A stretch of 64,000 nt of DNA from Leptonemataceae bacterium (GCA_965227295.1 OZ245742.1:3648001-3712000), one strand, 5' to 3'. Shown: positions 39,820 to 50,312, counted from the stretch's first letter. A program made the numbers and translations. The notes: a model not told the origin generated them from the letters alone.

Positions 39820-41568
39820 TTACCGCGACGCGGACTGCGCCGGCGGTTCGATGGTTTTCTGGATCTTCAGATCGGCCTTGTTGAAGACCTGGATCGTCGT
39901 CTTGTCACCGGAGCGCGGTTTGCCCGTGAGATAGATCTTCTCTTTGTAGAAGGTGATGTCCGAGTAGGGGCTGACCGGATCCGAGGACTGTGCGTCCAGG
40001 GTAAGGTCGGTGTTAAAGCGTGCCAGGAAGAACTCGCCGTCCTTTTCCATGATGGCGTAGATCTTGCCGTCCTGAATGATCATCGGCGTGTCCCAGTAGA
40101 CGCGCTCGGCAGACTCTTTCGATTTATCGAGGGTCTCGGTATCCAGCATTACCAGGCGGTGCTGAGACGGATCGTCCACTTCGCCGATGTAGCCGGTTAC
40201 CAGGACGCCGGTGTCCGGCACCACGATGAAATCCCGGGAACAGATTTTCGTATAGCTGGAACGCTTGAGGGCGTCGTTCGCCGCGGCGTCGATGAACCAC
40301 AGCTCGTTGTTGTAGTGGCCGTCGTTGGTATAACGGAGAACGCGCATGAAGAGGATCTTATCCTGCACGACGTTGTCGGAGACCTCTTCCTCTTTTTCGA
40401 GAGGTTTGTTCTCTTCCTGGTCCTTCTGATCGCCGGTGGTGTCGGTCGTATCCGTCGTTGTGTTCGCGTTGGTGTCGTCGGTGTTCGTATTGACCGCGGT
40501 TTCTTCCTGCTGGTCCTTCTGCGTTTCCTCGGCGACTTCCTGTTGCTGCTCTTTGACTTCTTCTTGCTTTTGCTGGGTCTCTTCTTGCTGCTTCTGGACT
40601 TCTTCCTGCTTCTTGGCGATCTCTTCTTGTTTCTTTTCCGCTTCTTTGACGGCTTCTTCGGCTTCTTTTACGTCTGCCGGATCGGCGTTCGGATCGTCGC
40701 GCAGTTCTTCGAGGCGGCGGCCGGTGTCTTCACGCTCGCTCTCGGCCTGCTCCTGTTGTTTCTTCAGTTCTTCTTCTTGTTTCTTGAGGTCTTCTTGTTG
40801 TTTCTTCAGTTCGTCGTCTTTCTGATCGAGCTTTTCCTGTTCGTCCTCGCGACGATCGTCCGTTATCTCTTCGAATTCCTTTTTCTCGGAATCTTCGGCG
40901 TTCTTCGTTTCGTCTTCGATTTCCTTGTTGTTGAGGTCCGTTTCGCCCGGGCGTACGGCGGACTTACGCAGCGGCAGAACCATCTGCGTGTTGCCGGCCC
41001 AGTTGCGATACGTGCGGTCGATGCCGAGTTTCTCTTCGGCCACGGCGGCCGCGACTTCCTCGGAATACTTCTCGGTGATGAGCGACATGTTGCCGCGGTT
41101 GTTGGCGTTGTAGTAGAGCACGAAACGAGCGATCACGGCCGCGTCGTTTTCATCGTATTCGAACGCCTTCATTAAGTAACCGGTGAGCACGCGCTCGACC
41201 CGGTTGATGTGACCGATGCTGCTGTTCGGCTGGATCGTGATGATATCGGCGCCGTATTTGTCGCTCTCGCGGTTGAATACGCGGCGGATGGTGATGCCGT
41301 TGTTCTCTGAGCGCTGGTTTTCCACGACCTCGTCGGCCATGGTCCCCCCGGAGTTGATTTCCGCGCGGCGCTGGGCCGGGGTGAAGGGGACGTTGCTCCG
41401 GTTGACGAAGTCCACCTCGGGAGACTTGATTTCGTCCCGGTCCACGCTGGGACGATTGGTCTCACCGACCCCCGTGCCGCCGTTTTGCGGCAACAATTGT
41501 GCGCCGGGGAGCGTTAAGAAGATTACAAAAAATCCGAGAACAAAAGAAGCGATCCGTTTGCCGTTCAT
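39820..41568 (-). CDS. Spirochaetal P83/100 family protein
   Basis: 'HINRVERVLTGYL..AFEY...ARFVLYYNANNRG'; central E/K/Q-rich coiled coil; signal peptide. Confidence 0.8.
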   Translation of the reverse strand: MNGKRIASFVLGFFVIFLTLPGAQLLPQNGGTGVGETNRPSVDRDEIKSPEVDFVNRSNVPFTPAQRRAEINSGGTMADEVVENQRSENNGITIRRVFNRESDKYGADIITIQPNSSIGHINRVERVLTGYLMKAFEYDENDAAVIARFVLYYNANNRGNMSLITEKYSEEVAAAVAEEKLGIDRTYRNWAGNTQMVLPLRKSAVRPGETDLNNKEIEDETKNAEDSEKKEFEEITDDRREDEQEKLDQKDDELKKQQEDLKKQEEELKKQQEQAESEREDTGRRLEELRDDPNADPADVKEAEEAVKEAEKKQEEIAKKQEEVQKQQEETQQKQEEVKEQQQEVAEETQKDQQEETAVNTNTDDTNANTTTDTTDTTGDQKDQEENKPLEKEEEVSDNVVQDKILFMRVLRYTNDGHYNNELWFIDAAANDALKRSSYTKICSRDFIVVPDTGVLVTGYIGEVDDPSQHRLVMLDTETLDKSKESAERVYWDTPMIIQDGKIYAIMEKDGEFFLARFNTDLTLDAQSSDPVSPYSDITFYKEKIYLTGKPRSGDKTTIQVFNKADLKIQKTIEPPAQSASR

Positions 41569-41741
41569 GTGCGTGAGTATCCGTGAATAAAGATCGAGCG
41601 TTGCCCGTATTACATAGGATCGGAACGCGGGGCGTCAAATTGTATTTCCCGATTCACGAATTCCCGGTGATTTCCCTGAAAAAATTCTTGCTGTGCCCGC
41701 CGCGGTTTCCGACATAATCAGGTCGATTTAACGCGGTTCCT

Positions 41742-44700
41742 GTGCAGCGCATTCTCGCGGCCTACGCCGACCATTATCTGCGTCCCTGTCTGTCGGACAT
41801 TTTGAACGGTTCTCCGCTCGGCGGTGTGCTGCCGGCCTCGTTCGCCTTTTTCGCCGCATCCCTCTATCAACTGCTCGAAGAACCCGCCGCCGGGCGCTGT
41901 CTCGTCATCGCCACTCCCTCAAACCAGGAGGCGGAGACCCTTGCCGGGGAGTCCCTGCTGTATCTGGAGCCGGATGCCGTGGCCTACTTTCCCGGCTACG
42001 AGAACATTCCGTATGAGTACTCGAGTTCCAGCGCCGATATCGCCCTGCAGCGCATTCGGGTGCTGTCCCGTGTCGCGGGCGGAGAGCGCCTGCTGGTTTT
42101 CACCGGCGCCGACGCGGTCTCACGAAAAATGCCGCATCCGGATCGCCTGAGCCGGCTGAGCCGCCGCCTGCGCGTGGACGATGAGATTCCACCCCGGGAA
42201 CTGTTACGTTCTCTGGTGGACATGGGCTACCAGCGGGAAGAGCGCGTGGAAGCGCCGGGTCAGTTCGCCCTCAAGGGTTCCGTGCTGGACGTCTATCCGG
42301 TCAACGGCGATCAACCCGTGCGCATCGAGTACTTCGACGATTATATAGAAAGCATTCGTTACTTCAGCGCGAATACCCAGCTCGGCGCCGATCGTACGCC
42401 GGAGTGTGAAATTCTGCCGGCCGGCGAGGTCGTCCTCGACGGCGACGAGAGCGCGCGGCTCCGCACGGCCCTGCAGAAGTACGCAAAGGATCTGGATCGT
42501 CCCGCTTTTTTGCACGAGGCCGCCGCGGATACGGCTTATTCGCAGTTTCACCATGCCGGCCTCCAGGAGCTCTTCCCCCTCGTTGCCGACAGCACCGATG
42601 TCTTCGCGGCCTTTCCGGAAGCACCGGTCGTTCTAAGCTATCCGGCGAACGAAGTGAATGAGGCCGCGGCCCGCATCCGCCGTGAGTTTCTGACGTTGTA
42701 TCGCCGCGAGCACGAGCAGCGCATTTGCCTGGAGCCCGAGACGTTGTTGGTTCCATTCCCGGGCGAACGCACGATAACGCCGCTCTATCGTCTGTCCAAA
42801 CCCATCGAAGACGCCGGAGCGACGGACGAGTCGGAAGATGATGCAGTTGATGCCGTGGATGATGAGGATGCGGGCCATGATCCAGACGAGAGCACGGATG
42901 AAAGGGTCGCCGTGTCATCTACGCTGGGCGTGCGCGAGGTGATCGGCTTCGGCGGACGCATCGCGGAAGTACGAGAGAAGATTCGCGGTTTGCTGGTGGA
43001 TGAACAGGCCGTGGTCTGCATTTCATCGCCCTACGCGGCACAGATGCGACGCATCGCCGGACTCTTCCGTCACGAGCAGGACATCGAAATCCGCATGATC
43101 GGCGACACCGAGGAGACGGCCGGCGCCGGCCCGATCCTCCTCGGCAATACCGCCGGTAAAAAGAAGAAGTCTGCGAAAAAGAAGGCGCTGCCGGCGCTGC
43201 ACATCCTGCGCTCCTCGCATCAACAGGGCTTTGAGATTCCGGAGCTGAAGTTCTACTTACTTACGGACAGCGAGATCTTCGGGCGCTCCTATCGCCGCCG
43301 CACGCGCTTCAAGAAACTCGGCACCGTGCCCATCGAATCGTTCCTGGACCTGAAAGAGGGCGACTACGTCGTGCACGTCAACCACGGGGTGGGGCGTTTC
43401 GAAAAACTCGAAAAGGTGCGCGCCGCCGGCCGGGAGCGCGACTTCCTGGTCCTGGAATACGCGGACAAAGATAAACTTTTCGTACCTTTAGATCAGATCT
43501 CCATGGTCCAGCGCTATATCGCGCCCACGGAGAAGCCGCGCCTGGATTCATTGGGCAAGGCCTCGTTTAAGAAAGTCCGCGAGCGCGTCGAACAGAAAAT
43601 CGAAGAGTTCGCCGGCGAATTGGTGCGTCTCTACGCGTTGCGCATGTCGCGCAAGGGCTACGCCTACCCGGCCGATACGGCCTGGCAGGAAGAGTTCGAG
43701 GCGGACTTTCCGTTCGAAGAGACGCCGGACCAGATCACCGCCATCGAAGCGGTGAAGCGCGACATGGAAGCCCCGCAGCCCATGGACCGACTGATCTGCG
43801 GGGACGTGGGCTACGGCAAGACCGAGGTGGCCATCCGGGCGACGTTCAAGGCCGTTATGGCCGGCCGCCAGGTGGCCATTATTGCGCCGACAACGATTCT
43901 CGCGCTCCAACACTACCACAACTTTCGCGAACGCTACAAAAACTACCCGGTTTCCGTGGACTGGATCTCGCGCTTTCGCTCGCGCGCAGAAACGAAAGAA
44001 ATCAAACAAAAACTCCTGCACGGCGAACTGGACGTGGTCGTCGGCACCCACGGCCTGTTATCGAAGGACATCCACATTCGCAACCTCGGCCTGCTCGTTG
44101 TCGATGAGGAACAACGCTTCGGGGTCACACACAAAGAGGCCATCAAACGCATGCGCGAGCTGGTGGACGTGCTCACGCTCTCGGCGACACCCATCCCGCG
44201 GACGTTGCACATGTCCCTCGTGGGCATTCGTGATCTTTCCATCATACAAACGCCGCCCCGGGATCGATTGCCGGTGCAGACCTACGTCATCGACGACAAC
44301 GATACGATCATCGAAGAAGCAATCGCGCGGGAGCTGGAACGCGACGGCCAGATCTTTTATTTGCACAACCGCATCGAGAGCATCGAGGGCGTGGCCGATC
44401 GCGTGCAGAACCTGCTGCCGGAAGTCCGGCTCGCCGTGTTGCACGGCCGCATGCTCGAAGAAGAGATCGAAGACGTCCTCTTACAATTCATGGAGCGCAA
44501 GTTCGACGTGCTCATCACGACGGCCATCATTGAAAACGGCATCGACATGCCCAACGTGAACACGCTCATCGTGGACCGCGCCGATACCTTCGGCCTCTCC
44601 CAGTTGTATCAGATCCGCGGTCGCGTCGGCCGCGCCGGGCGCCAGGCCTACGCCTATCTCTTACATTCATCCGGACGCATCTTAACGGAGACCGCGCAGA

Positions 44701-45482
44701 AACGACTCAACACCATCCTCGAATACCAGGAACTGGGTAGCGGATTCAAAGTGGCCATGCGCGACCTGGAAATTCGCGGCGCGGGCAACGTGCTCGGCAA
44801 AGAACAGTCCGGGCAGATCATGGAAGTCGGCTATGAACTCTACGTAAAGCTGCTCGAAGAGGCGGTGCAACGTTTGAAGGGCGAGGCCGTCGAGTCCGAG
44901 GTGCGCACCACGGTCAATCTACGAACGGACTTTTTTCTACCGGACGACTACATCCCCGACACCCGCCAGCGCATTGAGTTCTACAAACGTTTCGAGGCCG
45001 CCCGGGACGAGGATGAGGTCCTGGCGTTGCGACAGGAGATGTCGGATCGTTTCGGACGTTTGCCCGAGGCCGCCGAGATTTTTGCGCGGGTGGAAACCGT
45101 GCGGGCGCTCGCGTCGTGCACCGGCTTCGAAGAAGTCTACGAGGACGATGAAGGCCGCGTCCGCATGCGGGCCGGGGAACATCTCAACGTTCCTCCGGAG
45201 CACATCGTCCAGTGCATCAAACAAACGCCGAACCTCAGGATCATGCCCGGGCAGCCGAACGTGTTGTATGTCGAGGCCGCCGGCGAAGCGAACAGTCGAG
45301 CCGGCATGCCCCTCGGACCGAAGGCGCAAGAAGTACCGGTCTCGAAACGCCTGGACGAGATCATCGGTGTGCTGCGCCGCCTGGCGGAACCGGCAATCAT
45401 GCGTCGTCGGCGGGCCCGGGACGGATCGGAGGGAAAGGTCACCGGCAAACCGCAGGCCGCCGGGCAGAGACGTTCGGATTAA
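41742..45482 (+). CDS. mfd: Transcription-repair coupling factor
   Basis: CarD/TRCF 'GDYVVHVNHGVG', 'CGDVGYGKTEVA', 'DEEQRFGV', 'QLYQIRGRVGR', 'DLEIRGAGN'. Confidence 0.97.
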   Translation: MQRILAAYADHYLRPCLSDILNGSPLGGVLPASFAFFAASLYQLLEEPAAGRCLVIATPSNQEAETLAGESLLYLEPDAVAYFPGYENIPYEYSSSSADIALQRIRVLSRVAGGERLLVFTGADAVSRKMPHPDRLSRLSRRLRVDDEIPPRELLRSLVDMGYQREERVEAPGQFALKGSVLDVYPVNGDQPVRIEYFDDYIESIRYFSANTQLGADRTPECEILPAGEVVLDGDESARLRTALQKYAKDLDRPAFLHEAAADTAYSQFHHAGLQELFPLVADSTDVFAAFPEAPVVLSYPANEVNEAAARIRREFLTLYRREHEQRICLEPETLLVPFPGERTITPLYRLSKPIEDAGATDESEDDAVDAVDDEDAGHDPDESTDERVAVSSTLGVREVIGFGGRIAEVREKIRGLLVDEQAVVCISSPYAAQMRRIAGLFRHEQDIEIRMIGDTEETAGAGPILLGNTAGKKKKSAKKKALPALHILRSSHQQGFEIPELKFYLLTDSEIFGRSYRRRTRFKKLGTVPIESFLDLKEGDYVVHVNHGVGRFEKLEKVRAAGRERDFLVLEYADKDKLFVPLDQISMVQRYIAPTEKPRLDSLGKASFKKVRERVEQKIEEFAGELVRLYALRMSRKGYAYPADTAWQEEFEADFPFEETPDQITAIEAVKRDMEAPQPMDRLICGDVGYGKTEVAIRATFKAVMAGRQVAIIAPTTILALQHYHNFRERYKNYPVSVDWISRFRSRAETKEIKQKLLHGELDVVVGTHGLLSKDIHIRNLGLLVVDEEQRFGVTHKEAIKRMRELVDVLTLSATPIPRTLHMSLVGIRDLSIIQTPPRDRLPVQTYVIDDNDTIIEEAIARELERDGQIFYLHNRIESIEGVADRVQNLLPEVRLAVLHGRMLEEEIEDVLLQFMERKFDVLITTAIIENGIDMPNVNTLIVDRADTFGLSQLYQIRGRVGRAGRQAYAYLLHSSGRILTETAQKRLNTILEYQELGSGFKVAMRDLEIRGAGNVLGKEQSGQIMEVGYELYVKLLEEAVQRLKGEAVESEVRTTVNLRTDFFLPDDYIPDTRQRIEFYKRFEAARDEDEVLALRQEMSDRFGRLPEAAEIFARVETVRALASCTGFEEVYEDDEGRVRMRAGEHLNVPPEHIVQCIKQTPNLRIMPGQPNVLYVEAAGEANSRAGMPLGPKAQEVPVSKRLDEIIGVLRRLAEPAIMRRRRARDGSEGKVTGKPQAAGQRRSD

Positions 45483-45674
45483 CATCGCTGAATGTTAGAT
45501 TAGCGCATCAAGTTTCCACACAGGACCCGGACTTCCTGGGCTTCGCCCCGGCTTCCACGAAAGTACCAACATACATTTCCCGTCTTTACCGGTTACTCCA
45601 TCGTAATATCCTGAAGCATTTATCACTTGCCGGACGCATTGCCTGGCGAAATCTGGCGCTGTAGGACCCATATT

Positions 45675-46460
45675 ATGAAGCAAACCAGCATTCTAACCAA
45701 ATCCGCTCTCCTCGCTCTCGTCGCCGCGCTCGCGCTGACGACCGTATCCTGTGAAGAGGGCGATACCATCGAAACCATCGGCGGGCACAACATCACCACC
45801 AGCGAGTTCCAGCAGCACTACAACACCTCAGTGGAAATTGCCACGCGCATCTCCAATGCCGAGAAGGCCACGCTCTACAAGCTCATTTGCAATCCCTCGC
45901 TGGCACCGAACCCCCAGTACCAGGACATGGCCATTCAGCTCCAGCCGGAGCAGAACTACCGTCAGTTCCGCGACTCCAAGATTATCGAGATCGTCGCCGG
46001 GGATGAGGGTTTCCTCGATCGCCCCATCGTACAGCAGATCCTCGAACATACGAAGCGCACGACCATCGCGCAGCTCTATTTGCACGAAAAGGTATGGGAA
46101 CGCATCAAGATCTCCGAGGAAGACAAGAAGGCCGCCTGCCAGGAGCTTCGCGAGAAGGACCCGCGGCGCGTCGGCCCGCTGCCCCTGGACGATTGCCTGA
46201 AAGTGGCTGAGGGAATGCTGAAGTCTCAGAAGTATCGCCGCGAGGTTCCGCAGGTATACGAAGAGATCAAAGAAAAAATCAAGATCTCCAAGAACGACAA
46301 GTTCGACAAAGAAGACTTCTTCGAAAAAGACCTTGAGCTCTACCAGACGATCAAGTCCGAGGGCGGATGTGAAGATCGGCAGGTCGACACCGGCGCCATC
46401 GATAACAGCGAAGGCCCGGCCATCACGCCGCGCGCCAATCCGGGCGGCCCGGGTCTTTAA
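45675..46460 (+). CDS. lipL31: Lipoprotein, LipL31-like
   Basis: Lipobox 'TTVSC'; sequence style and position after mfd as recalled for Leptospira. Confidence 0.65.
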   Translation: MKQTSILTKSALLALVAALALTTVSCEEGDTIETIGGHNITTSEFQQHYNTSVEIATRISNAEKATLYKLICNPSLAPNPQYQDMAIQLQPEQNYRQFRDSKIIEIVAGDEGFLDRPIVQQILEHTKRTTIAQLYLHEKVWERIKISEEDKKAACQELREKDPRRVGPLPLDDCLKVAEGMLKSQKYRREVPQVYEEIKEKIKISKNDKFDKEDFFEKDLELYQTIKSEGGCEDRQVDTGAIDNSEGPAITPRANPGGPGL

Positions 46461-46469
46461 GACTTTTTT

Positions 46470-46530
46470 ACCACCGAGGCACCGAGGACATCGGGTTGCT
46501 TTGATCGGGTGCTCTCGGAGACTCGGTGGT
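46470..46530. repeat. Inverted pair of family B repeats (46470-46495 +, 46505-46530 -)
   Basis: ACCACCGAG GCACCGAG GACATCGGG on plus and ACCACCGAG TCTCCGAG AGCACCCGA on minus, between convergent genes. Confidence 0.75.
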
Positions 46531-46538
46531 TCAACTAC

Positions 46539-47936
46539 TCACAACCTCAAATTCTCACAGTGTTCTCGCGCACCGTAGCCCACGTCGCGTAGCTGCGAGA
46601 AACAGTCCGCCTCTTTGAATCGACCGAGGCCGATCAGCGTTCGGCGGGCGGCCTCGCGGTACTCATCTTCACGATCGGCGAGCAGATTGCCGCCGCGTTC
46701 CAGGACCGTCGTGCGGTCCATCAAACTCAACTGCTGCACCTGTTCAAAGGCGAGCTCGTAGTACTCCAGGGCCTCCGGCGAACGGCTGCGCTGCCCCGAA
46801 TCTTCTGTTCCCGCATGCACCGACTCGGCTCGCCGGGCCCGATCCAGGTAGAGGCGGGCCAGTTCCAGGTGCGCGTCGGAGGCCGTGGCCACATGTCCCG
46901 TGGCGATCTGAAAATGATTCACGGCGGCGCTGTAATGCTGCGGGTCGTTGCCGCTGGATGCATCCAGTAAGAGTTGAACCTGCAGGTAACCGGATGCCAG
47001 ATGCGCGCGATGCAGAGTGCCGGCGTCGCTCGCGACGGCGATCATCTTCGCAAAGACGTCGAGGGCTTCCCGGGGGGCGGCGCAGCTCAGGCGGTAGCGG
47101 CGCGAGAGACAGGAGCGCGGCAGGTCGTAGGGATCGGGCGGGAAGCTGGAGTAATAGTGGCGAAGAGCCAGCATGTAGTTCTCGCGATCGGCACTGTTGC
47201 GGAGCGCTTCCAGGGTGAGGCGACGTTTTTCCGGCAGCCCGAAGTCGCGTTCTTCGCAGCCGTCGCCGCAGCGCCGCTTGAGGACACGTCGCCATGCACG
47301 TACTTCCAGGAATTCCGCGTAGTCACCGTAGGCCAGGACTCCGATCTCGTCGCGGCAGATGGAGCGGGCTAACAGGGCAACCTCATCCGCGACGCGAATC
47401 TTGCTCTCGTCCCCGGCAGTGCTGGAGATGTCTTCTTCTGCAGCATCGTCCTGCGCTTTCCGGACCCCGGCCGGGATTTCGTAGGCCAGTTCCATGGCGT
47501 TCAGGGTCGCCTTCAGGGCGTCGACGACGGCCGGGCGGTGTTGCTTCCAGTACTCGTCCGGTTCGATCGTCCGCGTGTCGGGCACGTTGCGGGGATGCCA
47601 GTTTTCCAGACGGTCCAGCCAGTGGGGGCGGAAGTCCTCGATCTCGCCGCGATACTTCAATGGAAGAAAGCCGGTACCGCAGGTCTTCTGCATAAGTCGC
47701 AGATCCACACCGTCTTCGGCGACGATCTCGTTCGCCCGCTGGAGATAGGCATAGGCCTGGTGCGGTTTTTCCTCGCCGCGCTCGGGCAGGGAGACCGTGA
47801 GCCGTGATAGAAAGTTGAGCCAGTCGTGGCGGTACTCGTAGAAGAGGTAGGCGCCGGCGACCCAGACGATGAGGATGATCGACATCGGTCCCTTATGCCG
47901 GAGGATCTGCCGGAGGATGAGTCGCAGTGCGTACAT
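46539..47936 (-). CDS. Membrane-anchored hypothetical protein, helical/TPR-like
   Basis: 465-aa ORF with an N-terminal TM segment and host-like codon usage. Confidence 0.7.
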   Translation of the reverse strand: MYALRLILRQILRHKGPMSIILIVWVAGAYLFYEYRHDWLNFLSRLTVSLPERGEEKPHQAYAYLQRANEIVAEDGVDLRLMQKTCGTGFLPLKYRGEIEDFRPHWLDRLENWHPRNVPDTRTIEPDEYWKQHRPAVVDALKATLNAMELAYEIPAGVRKAQDDAAEEDISSTAGDESKIRVADEVALLARSICRDEIGVLAYGDYAEFLEVRAWRRVLKRRCGDGCEERDFGLPEKRRLTLEALRNSADRENYMLALRHYYSSFPPDPYDLPRSCLSRRYRLSCAAPREALDVFAKMIAVASDAGTLHRAHLASGYLQVQLLLDASSGNDPQHYSAAVNHFQIATGHVATASDAHLELARLYLDRARRAESVHAGTEDSGQRSRSPEALEYYELAFEQVQQLSLMDRTTVLERGGNLLADREDEYREAARRTLIGLGRFKEADCFSQLRDVGYGAREHCENLRL

Positions 47937-48046
47937 GATGTGAAGGCGCGGTGGCGACCGCGTATGCTATATCATCCCTACGGAACGAGAAAATCTTGAG
48001 GGAAAAAAGGCTGGCCGCAGCACCCGTGCCCCGCTCCACTGGAAGT

Positions 48047-48148
48047 ATGCCCACATCCAAGCAGAAAGACGTCAAACGGAAACATCGCAAGGCCCAGGAA
48101 CGCCGCAAGCGCAAGAAGCAGCAGGGGCAGGCAAATAAAAACGGCTAA
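48047..48148 (+). CDS. Small basic peptide (33 aa)
   Basis: MPTSKQKDVKRKHRKAQERRKRKKQQGQANKNG; GGAAG just upstream; fills an intergenic gap. Confidence 0.5.
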   Translation: MPTSKQKDVKRKHRKAQERRKRKKQQGQANKNG

Positions 48149-48185
48149 GCGAATTCTACCCACCATCAAGGCGACGGGCCTCACC

Positions 48186-50312
48186 GTGCTTCTGTCCGTC
48201 GTCGCCCTGGCCACGGCTCCCGTGCGCACGGCGCCCCGCGAGCCCGATTCCGGCAGCCACCGCGCCCCGTTCGAGTTCCTCTTCGAGAACATTGCCGACG
48301 GCGATACGACTCCCCGGGAGGGGCTGGCCGAGCATCCGGAGATCGATCTGCGCGAGGCGTTCTACGCCGAGATCAGCGGGGATCCGAAGGCCGCCCTCGA
48401 TGCATACCAGCGCTACTTCGAAGAGTCCGGCGAGGAAACAGCCCATGCCCGGGCCTCGTACGCGAAGCTGCTCGCCGCAAACCGTCGTTATCCGGAGGCG
48501 GTGGAGCAACTGGATCGGGCCATGGAGATCGATCCCGCCGACGCGGAGTTCGTCGTCGCCCGGGCGGAGATCTTACGTGAATCCGGCCAGTCCGCCGACG
48601 CCCGGAAATTTTTAGAGTCGGTCCTCTATCGCTACGAGGATGAGCCGGGCATTGAGTTCCAGCTCGGCGAACTCTACTACGAAGCCCGGGAGTACGAGCG
48701 CTCCCGGTTGCATCATACCAAAACGCTCTTTCACCTGGACAACGCCGGCTCCCGAAGCCAGATCTATCGCAACATCTCCCTCTGGCGCCTCGCCGATCTG
48801 AACCTGCGCGCCGATCGTTTCGAAGATGCCCAGGGCTTTCTGGAACGTTACGTACGTTACAATCCCGGCCGGCATTATCCGCGCTTCATTCTTGCGGATC
48901 GCCTGTACTTCCGGCGCGGACTTTATACCGAGGCCCTGCGCGAACTGGAAACGTTGCTCGGTCATGACCTCGCGGAACTCCTGGAACAAAACGTGGACGT
49001 GCGCCGGGCCTACTCTCTGCTCGCGCGATTGTATTTTTACTTCGAAGACGTACGTTTCTACGAAACCATGCGTTTCATCAAGAGCCTCGGAAACGGCAAG
49101 TGGAACGCTGTGGAACGCGGGCTCTTTGCCGCCCATCAAAAGCACGACGCCGAAGCCTTGCAGTATCTGCTCGCTATCGTTAAGCGCTACCAGGATAAAG
49201 TTTACGTCCCCTGGGTCGCCATCCTGCGCGTCCTCGAACGTTCGGACCGTCAGGACCTGTACGTCGATCAACTCGTCCACGTTTCCGCGGTGGCGTTGAA
49301 TCACGGGCCCCGGCGGCACCGTGAAGCCCTCGCCTGGCTGCGTAAGGCCGAGGATTTGCGCGAAGCAATCAAAGAACAGAATCCCGACGCCGGGGTGGCC
49401 GGGGCCTATCTCTACCGCATTCGCGCGGAGCATTACATGGGCCTCGGCGAACAGCATTTCCATCGTGCGGCGGTGGCTTACGGGCAGGCCCTGGAAGCGG
49501 AGGCGGCCGGGGACGCCGTCGGGGAAGAGGGGGAGCGTGAGCAATTGTTGCTCAGTCGTGCCGCCGTGCTGGCGAAGATCGGCCGCGAGGACGAAGCCCT
49601 GCGGCACTGCGCCGGGGCGGGTGAGATTCCGCGGGCCTTTGTGGTAAAGGCCACGATCCTGCACGGGGCCGGACGACTGGAGGCGGCCGAGGGCGCCTAC
49701 ACTCGAGCCATTGAGCTTGCGGAGAGCCGCGAGGAATCCCCGGACCGATTGCCGGCGGCCAAAGATCGCCGGCAACGCATCCTCGGAATGTATCATTACT
49801 TTCGAGCAGGCAACCGATACGAGCGCGGTGACTTTGACGGCGCCGTGCAGGATCTCCGGCTTTCCATGGAGTACGATTCTGATCTGCCCGCAATGCTCAA
49901 CTTTCGCGGCTACCTGGTGGCCGAGTCCGGGCAATCTACAGCCGAGGAACTACAGCAGGCTCGAGGCTGGATCCAGACGGCGCTGAAGAACGATCCGACG
50001 AACGGTCATTATCAGGACAGCCTCGGGCGTGCCTTCTATCGCGCGGGGAAGATGAACGAGGCGCGCTACCATCTTGCCTTTGCGCTGCGCCTGCTGGAAG
50101 CCGGGGGTGAGCCGGAACCGGAAGTCCTCTCACATCTGGGAGATGTCTATGCGGCGCTGGAACGTACAGCGGAAGCGCGCACCGCCTACGAGCGCGCGTT
50201 GATCCTGCTCGATCGCCGTCGTGCTTCGCAAAACAAACCTTCGCTCATAGAAGAGCGGTTATATGAGTACGTGAAAGAGCGGCTGCAATTTCTCAAGGCT
50301 GAAAAGTCGTGA
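48186..50312 (+). CDS. Tetratricopeptide repeat protein
   Basis: Multiple TPRs; C-terminal 'LNFRGY...DPTNGHYQDSLG...HLGDVY'. Start uncertain. Confidence 0.85.
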   Translation: MLLSVVALATAPVRTAPREPDSGSHRAPFEFLFENIADGDTTPREGLAEHPEIDLREAFYAEISGDPKAALDAYQRYFEESGEETAHARASYAKLLAANRRYPEAVEQLDRAMEIDPADAEFVVARAEILRESGQSADARKFLESVLYRYEDEPGIEFQLGELYYEAREYERSRLHHTKTLFHLDNAGSRSQIYRNISLWRLADLNLRADRFEDAQGFLERYVRYNPGRHYPRFILADRLYFRRGLYTEALRELETLLGHDLAELLEQNVDVRRAYSLLARLYFYFEDVRFYETMRFIKSLGNGKWNAVERGLFAAHQKHDAEALQYLLAIVKRYQDKVYVPWVAILRVLERSDRQDLYVDQLVHVSAVALNHGPRRHREALAWLRKAEDLREAIKEQNPDAGVAGAYLYRIRAEHYMGLGEQHFHRAAVAYGQALEAEAAGDAVGEEGEREQLLLSRAAVLAKIGREDEALRHCAGAGEIPRAFVVKATILHGAGRLEAAEGAYTRAIELAESREESPDRLPAAKDRRQRILGMYHYFRAGNRYERGDFDGAVQDLRLSMEYDSDLPAMLNFRGYLVAESGQSTAEELQQARGWIQTALKNDPTNGHYQDSLGRAFYRAGKMNEARYHLAFALRLLEAGGEPEPEVLSHLGDVYAALERTAEARTAYERALILLDRRRASQNKPSLIEERLYEYVKERLQFLKAEKS

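Noticed and set aside
39784..41175. 463-aa Leu/Phe-rich plus-strand ORF that looks like a membrane protein
   Set aside because: Antisense of the E/K/Q-rich coiled coil of the P83/100 gene.
784..46530. Repeat families A and B as CRISPR arrays or IS ends
   Set aside because: They are dispersed rather than regularly spaced, with no spacers, cas genes, IS-type transposase or evident target-site duplications.
48612..49934. 440-aa minus-strand ORF
   Set aside because: Antisense shadow of the TPR gene.
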